The notes beneath the pieces are model-generated. The model was not told the DNA's origin and made no database searches. It saw only the letters and a program-made list of their open reading frames with translations. Made by a program: the position numbers and the translations under genes. Of a stretch of 64,000 nt of DNA, positions 23,986 through 38,906 are shown piece by piece. Each line of letters starts with the position of its first letter. Within the stretch, counting starts at the first letter, position 1. This DNA comes from the human T2T-CHM13v2.0 reference genome, Homo sapiens, in the NCBI RefSeq assembly GCF_009914755.1, contig NC_060927.1; one strand, 5' to 3'.

Positions 23986-25409
23986 CTTTGGGGTAACTGG
24001 CTTCCTCACTAAAACAACAAAGGTATTAGCCAGCTTCTAAGCAGGTCTTAGAAACCTTGTGTTCAACTGCAGGAAGATGGTAATAGCCCTGCCAGTATCT
24101 GAATGTGGATATACATTTGCTACATAAATGGGAAAGTTAAGAAATCTCTCTGGTGATAGGGCATAGGACTTAGGTTTTTGTTGAATGGCATATTTCTACC
24201 TGTCACTTATCTCTTAAATTATATCAGAAACTATTTTAAAATAAGATGATATTCATATGCCACAAAACCTAGCATATAACCACTCAAATGAACTGTTGGG
24301 ATCTGCCCAAAGCACTGGGTTGAGGATTCTACAGCTGCGACACAGGATAGTGAAAAGACATATACAAGAGATTATTCCCAGGGCCATATCTGAAGACCCC
24401 GGTATATACAGAATAATTCCATTCTTGAAAGACAAAAATTAAGTACACAAAAAGTTTGCTGGAATACTATCAATTGTTTTCTTTAGAAAGCATGATGATT
24501 TTATTTTCATTTTGATCTTTACTATGTATTTTCTAAATTTTATGCTATGAAAATGTTTTCTTTGAATAATGAAAAGTTTAAAATCAGTGCCTCTCCCTTC
24601 CCCACCACCAAAATTTAGTTCTTTATTAGATCACAGCAATCCCTGAGACTGTCCATTAACCAAAATGACAATAAAGAATTAAACCCTAAAAAGCAAGACT
24701 CACTACAAAAGTTAGTGTTGCGAGGTCAGGGCCATCACTTGAGAAAACAGTCAATTCACACATCATTCCATTTCAAATGCACTCATTCACTCAGCAAACA
24801 TTTATTAATAAGTCGTTTATTTTAAATTCCAACTAATAAAGCACATAATTAAAGAGGTAAATGGCCTCATTATAAATGTCCTCATTGCTCTTTCTTTTTT
24901 ACCAACTTTATTTTTAGCAGCAAAAGTGGTTCTTAAGGATGTGAGGTCTTTAGGTGGCTGAAAAATGGGTCATTCTATTAATTAAGAACAGGGAAAGTGG
25001 GAAGGACCTGTTTTAGTCCTATTTCATTAAGATGGCTAATTACTGTGTGAAATTGATCTCCATGTCTGTGCTAAGAATGAGATCCTGGACTTGGGAACAA
25101 TCCATTTAAGATAATGACTTACCAGCCTTGGGGCTTCAAAGTAAAGGGGAGCAGCAATATGGTTTTTATGAGAGGGAGACTTTTTGGGACAAAGGGCATT
25201 TTAAAGATAATTGTAACTCATGTTAAACGAAATCATTATAGAGAACGCCACAACAGAACAGAGGTCTCAATTTCCCGTCCGTTGCTCTTGCCACTAACAC
25301 TAGACCAACTCCTTTTGCTCTTCATCTTGGTAGGATGGTGAGGATTTCCTTAATGTTGTAGGCTGAGCTAAAGACCCAGAGGGATTAATCTAACAACATC
25401 AACAACAAT

Positions 25410-25655
25410 GAGTATTTCTTGAGTACTTACTATGTGAACTGTATTACTACGTATTAATTCACTTAATCCTCTCAACAATCCTATGAGATAGGCATCATTA
25501 GTATCTGCACTGTATACATGAGGAAAAATTGAGGCACACAGATGTTAATAGTGTGCCTAAGGTCACATGGTTTATAAATGGTGGATCCAAGGTTCTAGCC
25601 TATTCAATCTGATTCCAAAGTCTGCACCCTTAACCAGATGACATGCTGCCTCATA
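25410..25655 (+). mobile_element. MIR
   Basis: cttaatcctctcaacaatcctatgagatagg...gaggcac...aaggtcac. Confidence 0.75.
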
Positions 25656-25740
25656 GTTTTTCTTTCTGTGCCCCCATCTCCTTATTGAAGCTATACTTTG
25701 GATAGATTTTCAAAAAATTATGAATGATCATCAGAATTTA

Positions 25741-26036
<296 letters not shown>

Positions 26037-26289
26037 GAATTTACTTTAGCCAGGCAAACTGGTGTTGGCCCATGATCAAAAATAAGTCATCATCTAAAAA
26101 AGAAAATTTTTTAAAAAATGAATTATAACATTATTCTTTCTTTTTATTGATTTTTTTCCTTTTATTGATTTTCACCTATGCCATGAACATTGCTTTTGCC
26201 TGTCTAGTTGGGAGTTTATTAGTTGGTTCCTTCTTCAAAAGAGAAGAGGGGAAATAATCTAATTATAATAAAGATGATGCTGATAGGAG

Positions 26290-26500
26290 CAACTAACTTT
26301 TACTGAGCCTTTACCATAAGCTAAGCACTGTACCAAGAACTTATATATGTTGGTTCATTTACTCCTCATCAGAACCTTATAATGGGTACAATTATATTAT
26401 GTTACAAATGTAAAAACTGAGGCTTAGAAAGATTAAGTAATTTGCCCAAGGTCACATACCTGGCAAGAAACAGATATAGAACTCCAATCCAGATGTAATT
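26290..26500 (+). mobile_element. MIR
   Basis: aaactgaggcttagaaagattaagtaatttgcccaaggtcac. Confidence 0.75.
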
Positions 26501-26789
26501 CCCTAATCCACATCTCAATAATTTAGTAAAAGCTGTTACTCTTCATCTACTGGAAAGGCTAAGCACTCTGAAAATAATTCACAACCGACACTATGCTATT
26601 TTCCTAACCTTACAGATATAACCAGACTGATGATAAAGACCAACCTAATAAACAATTCATTTGACCAAGATCCTGGAAGTGCCATTTTTCTATGGAAAAT
26701 CCTGTGGATCCCACTCAGTTCTGTCAATCTGCTATTCTCCTCTTCTAAAATGTTATCCCCATCACATGGAACCTGACTAAATTAAAACA

Positions 26790-28090
26790 AATCCTTCAAG
26801 TAAGCTAAGAAAAGATAAAAATGCATAATATAGACTTTAAATCAACCAATAAGATTATAAAACATAGAGTTACAACTAATAAGCATAAGGAGAGAAAATG
26901 GGGTGATAAAAAGTATGTAATCGAAAAGAAGACAGAGAACAACAACAGGTGAGACAAAGAGAAAAAAAATCAAGATGGCACATTTCAACCCAACCATATT
27001 AAAAACCACATTAAAAATAAATGGTCTAAACACCCAATGAAAGGCAGAGATTATGCCAATAAATACAATAACTCAAATGAAATGGACAAATTCCTTAAAA
27101 GATACAAACTACTAGAATGTACTCAAGAAGAAGCAGATAAGCTGTATAGTCCTACATCTATTTAAAAAATTAGGCCTACAGTAAAAGAAAAAAAAAAAAT
27201 GGGCATACTGGCTCACACCTGTAGTCCCAGCCACTCAGGAGGCTGAGGCAGGACAATTGCTTGAGTTCAGAAATTCGACCCTGTCTCTAAATTAATTAAT
27301 TAATAGTTAAAACTCTCAGCCCAAATGCATTCACCAAGGAATCCTATCAAACATTTCAATAATAACACTAATTCTACATAAACTCTTGCAAAAAATTTAA
27401 AATAAGTTAATATTTAACAACTCAATCTATGAAGTCAGCAATACCCTGAAACCAAAATCAGATAAAGACATTACAAGAAAACACAGAATAAACTAGATTC
27501 AAAAATACTCATAATTTTTGCAAATCAAATCCAAAATGTATAAAAAAGATAATACATCATGACTAAGTGGAATGATACATATCCCAGGAATGCAAGGATA
27601 GCTTAATATTTGAAAATCAATGTAATTCACCATATGAACAGATAGAAAAAGCAAAATCATATTATCATCTCAGTAGATGCAGAAAAAGCTCCCAGCAAAA
27701 TCTACATCCATTGCTGATAAAAAAACTCTAAAAAATTAGCAATGGAAAAAAACTTTCTCAAGCTGTAAAGGGCATGCATCTATGAAAAAGCTATTGCTAA
27801 TACATATCCAATTTTGAAAAACTGAATGTTTATTCCCTAAGATCAAGAATGAGGTATGAAGGTCTACTCTTACCATTCCTATTCAACCCTATACTGAAGG
27901 TTCTAGCCAATGACATACAGCAAGAAAAAGTTATAAAAGGGATCTAGATTAAAAAGGAAGAACTGTCGATATTCACAGATCATATGATCAGCTATGTAGA
28001 AAATATGATACAATTTACAAAAACATTACTAGAACTAATAAATGAGTTTTGCAAGGTTGCAAGACTCAAGATGAACATAAAAAATCAGTA
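26790..28090 (+). mobile_element. Old L1M ORF2 fragments with a short Alu-monomer remnant (~27200-27290)
   Basis: Degenerate ORF2 motifs (EMDKFL, IISVDAEKA, IFTDHMISYVEN). Confidence 0.8.
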
Positions 28091-28604
28091 CCATGTAAGT
28101 GTACTTAATAAAGTATGTAGGAGTTTAAAAGATATTTTTAAAGAATCTACTGGGAAGCTTATAAAAATGTAGATTACAAATAAGCTAAAAGTTATAAAAC
28201 ATGAAAGTAGATACATTCATACGCATGGAATTAGGACAGTTAATGTCCTTTACTTGCTTAAAATGTTTTTTACAAGCTTCTGTTACCCCATTTATTCTTG
28301 ATGAAAAATCTTCTGGTCCTCAATTACTTAGAAAGTAAATGGATTCTGAATTTAGAAAAGTGCCATATGCCAGAGACATAACTGGTGACAATTAGGATTT
28401 TGAGATACTACTGTACAAAGAGAGATTCACCTGTTTTCCATGGAAGTCTGGTTTCCTGGCAAGAAGATCCAGGTACATTTGTAGCAATAACTTCAAATAG
28501 AGAAGCAATCTGGGATTAAAGACTCTGATGTATACGTGAACATGTAAATATATTGGGAAGACCTGGGACAATGCTTTTAATTTAAAATTAAAACTAGGAT
28601 TTTA

Positions 28605-28884
<280 letters not shown>

Positions 28885-29064
28885 GATTTCATGAAAATAA
28901 ATTGGTCTACATCTTATTACCAATGTAGGTCTAAAGCATCAATTGAGCTCTGCTCTATGAACTTCAACCTGAATCACTGGATTAAAAATTCTAAGAAATA
29001 CAGAAGATACACATACATACAAACTCACATATATACATAAAATCTAGAGAGATTTGCTTTAGGC

Positions 29065-29242
29065 TAGTGATTCCCGAACTTGGCTGTATGTTTTCATCAC
29101 CTGGAGAGCTTTAAAAAATGCAATGCCCAGCTCACACTGAAGAAAAATCAAATCAGAATGGGGGTGAGTGAGGAGCCAGACATCAGTATTTTATATAGAT
29201 CCCAGATGATTACAATGTGGAATAAAGTTTGAGAACCACTGT
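29065..29242. mobile_element. MER5A-like hAT element
   Basis: tcacctggagagctttaaaaaa...aagtttgagaaccactg. Confidence 0.7.
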
Positions 29243-30054
29243 TTAAGACAAAATTTGATAATGCCATCATTATCAAATTAGTAACTTAATTTGGAGCCAT
29301 TATAGGTGGTTTTAAGTCTCTAACCACCTGGACTGAATAAATTCCTAGGGGAAGCTTTGAGGCAATAACAATCTGCAAAATGCCATCTCTGCACAGGGAT
29401 AGAAAGCTGGAGTTCAGGAGACGTGAAAAATATATGACTCAAAGAAAAAAGGGAAGGGATGGTATTCTATTTCCAAATTCCTTATAAAGGTTATTTAGGA
29501 AACACCAAGTCACTCTAACTGATGAAGAAAGCCAGCTCAGACACTAAAATCATAGCCCAAAGAGAAGAAACACTCTCTGGGAATGATGCTTATTTCACAA
29601 GGCACACTTTGTACCTAGAACACGGGATGCTTCCATTTCAGTATATCACAATCTGCCCTCCATACATAACTCTCACCTGAATCTCAACAGAAAATCCAGA
29701 AATGTACAGGATTCTCAAATAAATTAAGGGTGTGCTTTCAGACTTACATGCTGGAAAAGTTATATACACCCACCCCTGTGCAGTTCGTGGGACAACAAAG
29801 GTCTCTCAAAGGGGCAAGATTCAATAGATGAAATTTGGTTGACAATAGGTCATTCACAACCTTTGTTACTTGTGTTACTTTTCTCCATGCTTGTAACCAA
29901 ATTTGAGATGACTGTCCTCCTTTTTTTCTGGTTTCAGTGGGGTTAGGTAGGCATTTGCAGAAGTGAATGAGACATTTGGGGCTATCATTTACAATGGATC
30001 CATAAAACTGCTATCAGAACAAGAACGGCAAAACAGTTTAGTGACATGACTTAC

Positions 30055-30114
30055 CCTATGGCACATGTAGGATCCACCTTTCTTCACTCGGTCTTTCCCA
30101 GAAGGGGGACCTTT
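30055..30114 (-). CDS. SUMF1: SUMF1 penultimate coding exon (exon 8), 60 nt, residues ~319-338
   Basis: ttttcttcatctgtag|AAAGGT...CATAGG|gtaagt translates to [20 protein letters not shown] (FGE RVxxGGS motif, Ser333, Cys336, His337). It joins in frame to the terminal exon to give [12 protein letters not shown]. Confidence 0.97.
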
Positions 30115-30513
30115 CTACAGATGAAGAAAAAAGGCTATGTTAGACCAGAAGGCAAAGCTGCCCCTTACACAGTGGGAGAGAATCCACTTTGATCCAACCA
30201 GCTCTCTCATGGTTGCCTAAACTCTCCACATGCATTTCCACCCCTAGGCTTTGTATCTGTATTCGTGGGCTCTCCCAAATGCTCACCTCCCCAAATCCTA
30301 CCCATCTTCTAAGGCCCACCTCAAGTTTCCACTCTTTGGTGAAGTCTTCGTAACTACAGGAAGCAATCCTGTCTCTAAGTCCCTACAGCATTTCTTGCCT
30401 AGATGACTAATAAGCTGCTTGGCTGCACCTCTTACCATGTCATGATGCAAATTTATCCTGTGTTATAACTGGTTTACTCATCTACACTGGCAAGCCTCTT
30501 TGAATTGCATGGT

Positions 30514-30862
<349 letters not shown>

Positions 30863-31776
30863 TAATAAATAGTTTGCTGATTGAATGAAAGAGTTTGCTT
30901 GTTAGCCTTAAAAAAATTTAGGTGTGCTTTATTAAGATATAATTAATATACAGTAAAATTCATCCTTTTTAAGTGCACAGTTCCAGTGAGTTTTGACAAA
31001 CATATATAGTCATGTAACCGCTACCACAATCAAGACATACAACATGGTTTATCTTGAAGAAAAAAAAAAAGACACATATACGTACTATGAACCAGGCACA
31101 GTTTGAGCATTTTACAAATATTAACTCAGGTATTCTCCATCCAACCTTGGAGGTAGGTTAAGTTACTGGTAAAATAAGTGGCACAGTCAGGCAGCCTTGC
31201 TCCAGAGTCCATGCTCTGAGGCACTCCACTGCGCTCCCACTTAGAGACAAGAAGTGTAGGAAATTAGGCAATGCTTAAAAGGAGGCAAGGAAGAGCAGCG
31301 TCTACCACTGTAATAAGAATTAACATCTACACAGAGCCAGTATAATGGCAAGACTTTTTTCTAGGAAGGGCTTCAGATAAAAGTTCAAAGGAAATGAAAA
31401 TCCTAAAGCATCAGTTGCCAAGATAAAAGCCTCAACATCAGGTAAGGCATACACAGCATCTGAGAGGTACCAATAAATAGGCTCTAATAAGCCAGAACCG
31501 TATCAGGGGAGTCTATGGGGAAAGGGATTTATCTCCTTTTTTTGTTCAAAAAGACAATTAATCACACACCTGTCTACTATTTGCTCCAAAAACGCAAGAG
31601 GCCGGGACAACCCCACTCCTATCTTAGTTTTTCCTTCTCCTGTGACCCAAAAGCACCCTTACTTAAGTGGCAGAAATTAAAAGAATCACGTTTTCTCCAA
31701 GCATGGCTAATGTACTTTCTTGCAAATGTAAACCATGTGGGCAGAAGTGCACATTACCTTCTAAGCATTTCCAGGT

Positions 31777-32148
31777 ACAGATGCTCCTTAGCATGGGATT
31801 AGGTCCTGTCCTGATAAATCCATCATAAGTTGAAAATATTATTAAGTCAAAAATGCATTTAATACTCCTAACCTACCCAACATCACAGCTTAGCCTAGCC
31901 TACCTTAAACATGTTCAGAACACTCATGTTAGTCTGTAGTTGGGCAAATCATCTAAGAACACAAAGCCTATTTTATAATAAATTGTGGAATATATCATGT
32001 AAATTGCTGAATACTGAACTGAAAGTGGAAAACAGAATGGTTGTATGGATACTTAAACCACAGTTTCTACCAAAGGCATATCACTTTTGCACAATTGTAA
32101 ACTCAAAAAAAATCTTAAGTCAAACCATTGTAAGTAGGGGACTGTCTG
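31777..32148. mobile_element. MER47-like (TcMar-Tigger) non-autonomous element
   Basis: cagatgctcct...gcttagcctagcctaccttaaacatg...ggggactgtctg with imperfect terminal inverted repeats. Confidence 0.75.
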
Positions 32149-32907
32149 TGCTTAGAAACTATCACAGACAAAGCCATTGGCTATTCCTCCTTCAACTGCA
32201 GGGCTACAATATTTCCAAGGCCTTAAATGCTTAATGTCACATTAATAAACTTTTGTTAATTACAAACAGGCACACTGCAAACGTGAAAAGCTACGTGTCA
32301 AAATAATGGCTGGCAGCAGTTTTCTTCCCAGGAATATCTAGAATCTGACAAACACTCTGAGTCAGTTTATTACTCTATAAGACAATTACCAAGAATTCAC
32401 TGTAGCAGCAATGAAAGCATTTATAATTGTGGAACTCTCCCATGTAATGGCCACACTCTCCTACACTGTTTCTCGCTTAACAATTCTTGCATTACACTGC
32501 TTTAGGTGGTTCTCTGCATGCTCTGTTACAATGTATCAAATTGTGATTCAAGTCTCTCCCAGTATCTGCTAGCGTGCAATTTAGACTCCTCAAGTAGATC
32601 TAGGAACAAGAAGGAGTTGATTTGCCAATGGGAAGGCATGGGAACAAAATAGTTGCCTTTCATCATCAACTTCAATGAACTAAGTCTGCAATCAATAACT
32701 ACGACACTTATCACAGTGACGCAAGTAGTAATGACAGTCATCCCAGGCTGACATAACTGTGGCACCTAACACAGTCCTCAATTTAGGTGACTGCTCAGCT
32801 GCTTCTTATAAATAAAACTATTTTTGCTAGCAAACAACATGATAATTAACTAAAACTGTTTGAAATGCTTGCCACTTTGCCAAAAAACAGAAAAATTACT
32901 AGGAGGG

Positions 32908-33635
<728 letters not shown>

Positions 33636-33879
33636 GAGAGTTGGGGAAGAGGGGTATCTCCATTCCCATTTGTGAAAGAAAACATTAATAAATCAAAATT
33701 AACAGTGTCTCTCATGATCAAGTTTATGACTGCAGGCTAAAACAACTTAAGTGGCTATTGGTGGTGGTGTTTAAACACCTCATCTGTTTGCCTGTATACC
33801 ACAGCAGGAAGAGCGGCTGCAGGGCCCTACCACCTCCACCTCCTGTGCTCAAGAGTCTTGGGGATGCATAAGAATCCAC

Positions 33880-34318
33880 TTGGAATTAACCTAGATATCC
33901 ATCAGCAGTGGACTGGATAAAGAAAACGTGGTACATATACACCATGGAATACTACACGGCCATAAAAAAGAATGACTCATGTCCTTTGCAGCAACATGAA
34001 TGGTGCTGCAGGCCATTATTATCCTATGTGAATTAACGCAGGAACAGAAAACCAAATACCGCATGTTCTCACTTATAAATGGGAGCTAAACATTGGATAT
34101 ACATGGAGACAAAGAAGAGAACAATAGACACTGGGACCTATTTGGGCAAGGTGGAGGGTGAGAGAAGGATGCGGACTGAAAAACTACATACTGAATATTA
34201 TGCTGATTACCTGGGTGACAAAATTATCTACACCAAACCCCCACGGCCCACAATTTACCCATGTAACAAACCTGCACATCCATCCTTTGCACTTAAAATG
34301 AAAGTTGGAAAGAAAAAC
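33880..34318 (+). mobile_element. L1P (older L1PA/L1PB) 3' end
   Basis: ORF2 C-terminus and 3'UTR motifs. Confidence 0.85.
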
Positions 34319-34907
34319 AAAGTCTCAGTGGAAAAACATATGGAACATAGGGACTCCGCCTACAACCAGGCAGGAACCATCGTGAATCCTGTCTCCAAAG
34401 GTACTACTGCCCGTAACTGCTCTAGTCCCATAGACACGAAAATATCAACATGTCTCCAATGCTTGCATGGTCGCAAGAACAGCAAAACACACAGGTTTCT
34501 ACATAACAGTCCCAATAATCTCAAAAGGCCAAGGTACAGCTAAAGTTCTCGGGAAAAGTGATGAAGAAGCAACACTCAGCATTAGTGCAGAGAAATCTAC
34601 CCCTGTTTAAAACACCTGGGAGGGCATGTAAGTCTTTAAGGATGAGTTGAATCCACTGGAGATGCCACAGAACCACGTATCAGTGAGACTGGCTTGTTTG
34701 GAGGAGGAATGAGTCTGTAAGGAAGAGGGGTAGCCAGCCTGCTCACGGCTACCAGGACATTTTTCACAGCACAACGACTGCACTCTGTGTAGTCAAGAGA
34801 CATTTCCCTTTCCCTCGTCATGCCCAATACATTGACAAGGAAAGCAACAGAAGGGATGGAGAGTGTGACAAATTTCCATCACTCAGCAAACAGTCAAAAG
34901 GCACCAC

Positions 34908-35232
34908 TAGCGACCTGGATGGGACTAGAGACTATTATTCTAAGTGTAGTAACTCAGGAATGGAAAACCAAACATCATATGTTCTCACTCATAAGTGGGA
35001 GCTAAGCTACGAGGATGCAAAGGCATAAGAATGACACAATGGACTTTGGGGACTCGGGGAAAGGGTGGGAAGGGGGTGACGGATAAAAGGCTACAAATCG
35101 GGTGCAGTGTGCACTGCTCGGGTGGGGGTGCACCAAAATCTCACAGATCACCACTAAAGAACTTACCCATGTAACCAAACACCACCTGTTCCCCAATAAC
35201 CAACGGAAATTAAAAAAATTAAAACAAATAAT
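34908..35232 (+). mobile_element. L1PB/L1MA 3' end
   Basis: caccaaaatctcacagatcaccactaaagaactt 3'UTR motif; A-rich tail. Confidence 0.82.
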
Positions 35233-35485
35233 AAACATGTCATTTGACACAATCCATAGTAATGAAATGCTAAGCACCCACTACAAAGAATGAGGCACTT
35301 CTGTATGTGTACACTTTACTATCACTTTTTACTAAGAAAATAACAGCATCAAGCATTTATTCTGACTTCCTCACACAAACTATGCCTCAGGAAAATAGAA
35401 GAGTTATGAGTGAATGTTCTTTATAGAGGAATTCCAGATAATTAATGCAGAAAGAGTAATAGAATATCACTATGTCAAAAATCTT

Positions 35486-35798
35486 GGCCAGGTGCAATGG
35501 CTCATGCCTGTAATCCCAGCACTTTGGGAGGCCAGTATGGGAAGATTGCTTGAGCCCAGGAGTTCAAGACCGGCCTTGGGCAACATGGTGAAACCTCATC
35601 TCTACAAAAAATACAAAAATTAGCCGGGCGTGGTGGGGCACGCCTGTAGTCCCAGCTACTCAAGAGGCCGAGGCAGGAGAACCATTTGAGCTTGGGAGGC
35701 AAAGGTTGCAGTGAGCAGTGACTGCGCCACAGCACTACAGCCTAGACAACAGGAATGAGAAACTCTGTCTCAGGAAAACAAACAAACAAACAAAAAAA
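35486..35798 (+). mobile_element. AluJ
   Basis: Dimeric Alu, (AAAC)n tail. Confidence 0.9.
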
Positions 35799-36037
35799 CC
35801 TTCCTCAAGAACTGAATCTAGGCAATGAGTATCAATGGCTGCTAAAATCAGTGAGTGAAAGGCTAATGAAGATCCTCGTAACGGATGGTTCAGACTGACA
35901 ATGCCTACTTAAATACTGATCAATCTTATTAACAAAAATAATCTTATCGGTGTCACGATAAAAGCCATGCATACTATGCCTCCTGATATGATATAAAGAA
36001 TATACACAGCCCTATGAAGTATTTTTAATTACTCTTA

Positions 36038-36079
36038 TACATACACACACACATACATGCACACACACACACACACACA
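36038..36079. repeat. (CA)n microsatellite, interrupted
   Basis: Directly visible. Confidence 0.85.
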
Positions 36080-36229
36080 TCCTACCTAAAGCCTAAATAT
36101 AATCAAGACTTTAAATCTAAACAAAGATTGTAGGAAATACAAGGGGTAGAAGAATATACTAAAATGATTCCACGAAGATGCAATGAACAAAACCCAGGCC
36201 ATGGGAAATTCTTTTAAAAATAGATCATT

Positions 36230-36810
36230 TGTGGTGATTCCTCAATGATCTAGAACCAGAAATACCATTTGACCCAGCAATCCCATTATTGGGTATGTAC
36301 CCAAAGGATTATAAATCATTCTGCTATAAAGACACATGCACACATATGTTTATTGTGGCACTGCTCATGATAGCAAAGACTTGGAACCAACCCAAACGCC
36401 CACCAATGATGGACTGGATAAAGAAAATGTGGCACATATACACCATGGGATACTACGTAGCCATAAAAAAGGATGAGCTCATGTCCTTTGCAGGGACATG
36501 GATGAAGCTGGAAACCATCATTCTCAACAAACTAACAATAGAACAGAAAACCAAACACCGCATGTTCTCACTCACAGGAGGGAGTTGAACAATGAGAACA
36601 CATGGACACAGGGAGGGGAACATCACACACTGGGGCCTGTCAGGGGGTCAGAGACTAGGGGAGGGATAGCATTAGGAGAAATACCTAATGTAGGTGACGG
36701 GTTGATGGGTGCAGCACACCACCATGGCACGTGTATACCTAAGTAACAAACCTGCACATTCTGCACGTGTACCCCAGAACTTAAAAAGTATAATAAAAAG
36801 AAAAAAAAAA
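36230..36810 (+). mobile_element. 5'-truncated L1PA (PA7-like) 3' end with poly(A)
   Basis: ORF 36289-36588 is the ORF2 C-terminus; TSD aaaaa(t/g)agatca. Confidence 0.92.
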
Positions 36811-36817
36811 GAGATCA

Positions 36818-37198
<381 letters not shown>

Positions 37199-37248
37199 TT
37201 AAAATATCCTCTGGTCGTGGTGGTGGCACGGGGCAATTCTATATGCCT

Positions 37249-37640
37249 TGTGGCAGTTTTTGTCCTGGATTATCTTTTGAAGGATGTTTGTGTAACCAAC
37301 AGTCTCAGAAGATGACAGTAGGCAGGTTTGTTTCCTGGCCAGAACAATAATGTCAAAGGTTGGGTATGTTTATTATAAACCTCTTTATAAGACTGGAGTC
37401 TCCTAAGCTCAGGATTCTCCGGCTGTGACAAAGACCTACTGTGTCATCCTTATGGGATTTGGGAGACAAGGGGAAGCGATGTGAACATGAAGTGCATGTT
37501 GCCTGCTGTGCTGTGACTAGAAAAATCTGTAACTCTGACACAGAAACTTCATGTCTTCTGCCAGCATCCATGACACTGTAGTGGCCTAACTCATGAGCTT
37601 GCAAACAGAATAAAATTTCAGACTCTTCATAGTCTTGACA
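37249..37640. mobile_element. ERVL-type solo LTR (LTR47-like, name uncertain)
   Basis: TG...CA bounded; cttctgccagcatccatga...aaaatttcagactcttcatagtcttgaca resembles recalled consensus. Confidence 0.5.
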
Positions 37641-38595
37641 AAGACATATCAACAAACAAAATGCATAGTATTACTGTCATACATATTACAGTTATATATG
37701 TGAAAAACTTAACAACACAGTGTGACCATTATTGCTTTAAACAATCTTACGTTTTTAAAAGGAATGAAGTGAAAAAATAAATGCAGTCTTTTCTACTTAC
37801 CTATTTACCATATTTCCTGCTTGTCAGTTCTGCCTGTGTATCTATCTGAGGTATCAGCTAGTTCCAGTCCCTTTCAGTCTAGAAAAACTGCTTAGTATTT
37901 CTTAGTATGGCAGATCTGCTAGCAGATTCACTGTCTTTGTTAATCTACAATGACTTTATTTCTCCTTCATTTTAAAATATTAAACCTTTATTATGGGTAA
38001 CCGTTGATTCACATGAAGCTGTAAAAGGTAACAGAGGAATTGGTGTACTCTATATCCAGTTTTCCCCAATGGCAACATCTTCCAAAACTCTGTACTGTAT
38101 CTCAACCAGGATGTTGACACTGACACAGTCAAGACACAGAACATTTCCATCACAAGGATCCCTTACGTTGCCCTTTTATAGTTACGACCACTTCCTTCCC
38201 AACCCCAACCCCTTCTTAACCCCTGGAAAACACTAACCCCTTCCCACTCCTATAATTTTGTCATTTCAAGAATGTTATATTAATATAAGTGGAATCATAC
38301 AGTATGTAAACTTTTGGAACTGGCTTTTTTTCCACTCAGCATAATTCTCCGGAGATTCATCCAGGTTGCTCTGCATACCAACAATCTATCCCTTATTACT
38401 ATTGAGTAGTATTCCATGGTGTGGATGTATCGGTTTGTTTAAATATTCACCCACTGAAGGACATTTCGGCTGTTTCTAGTTTTTTTGGCTATTACGAATA
38501 AAGATGCTATGTACAGGTTTTTGTATGAACATAAGTTTTCATCCCTTTGGAATCAATGCCAAAGGAGGGAATATAGTGGTCGAATGTTTACTTCA

Positions 38596-38906
38596 TTTTC
38601 TTTTTTCTTTTTTCTTTTTTTTTTTGAGAGGGTCTCTCGCTCTGTCGCCCAGGCTGGAGCGCAGTGGAGTAAGCTTGGGTCATTCCAACCTCCACCTCCC
38701 AGGTTCAAGCGATTCTCCTGCCTCAGCCACCCGAGTAGCTGGGATTACAGGCACGCACCACCAGGCCCAGCTAATTTCTGTATTTTTAGCACAGACAGGG
38801 TTTCACCATGTTAGCCAGGCTGGTCTCGAACTCCTGACCTCATGAGATCAGCCTGCCTTTGCCTCCCAAAGTGCTAGGATTACAGGAGTGAGCCGCTGTG
38901 CCCAGC
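38596..38906 (-). mobile_element. AluS in L1M
   Basis: TSD gaatgttta. Confidence 0.92.

Noticed and set aside
34079-34543. 154-aa ORF
   Set aside because: Reads through an L1 3'UTR into flanking DNA; no protein family recognised.
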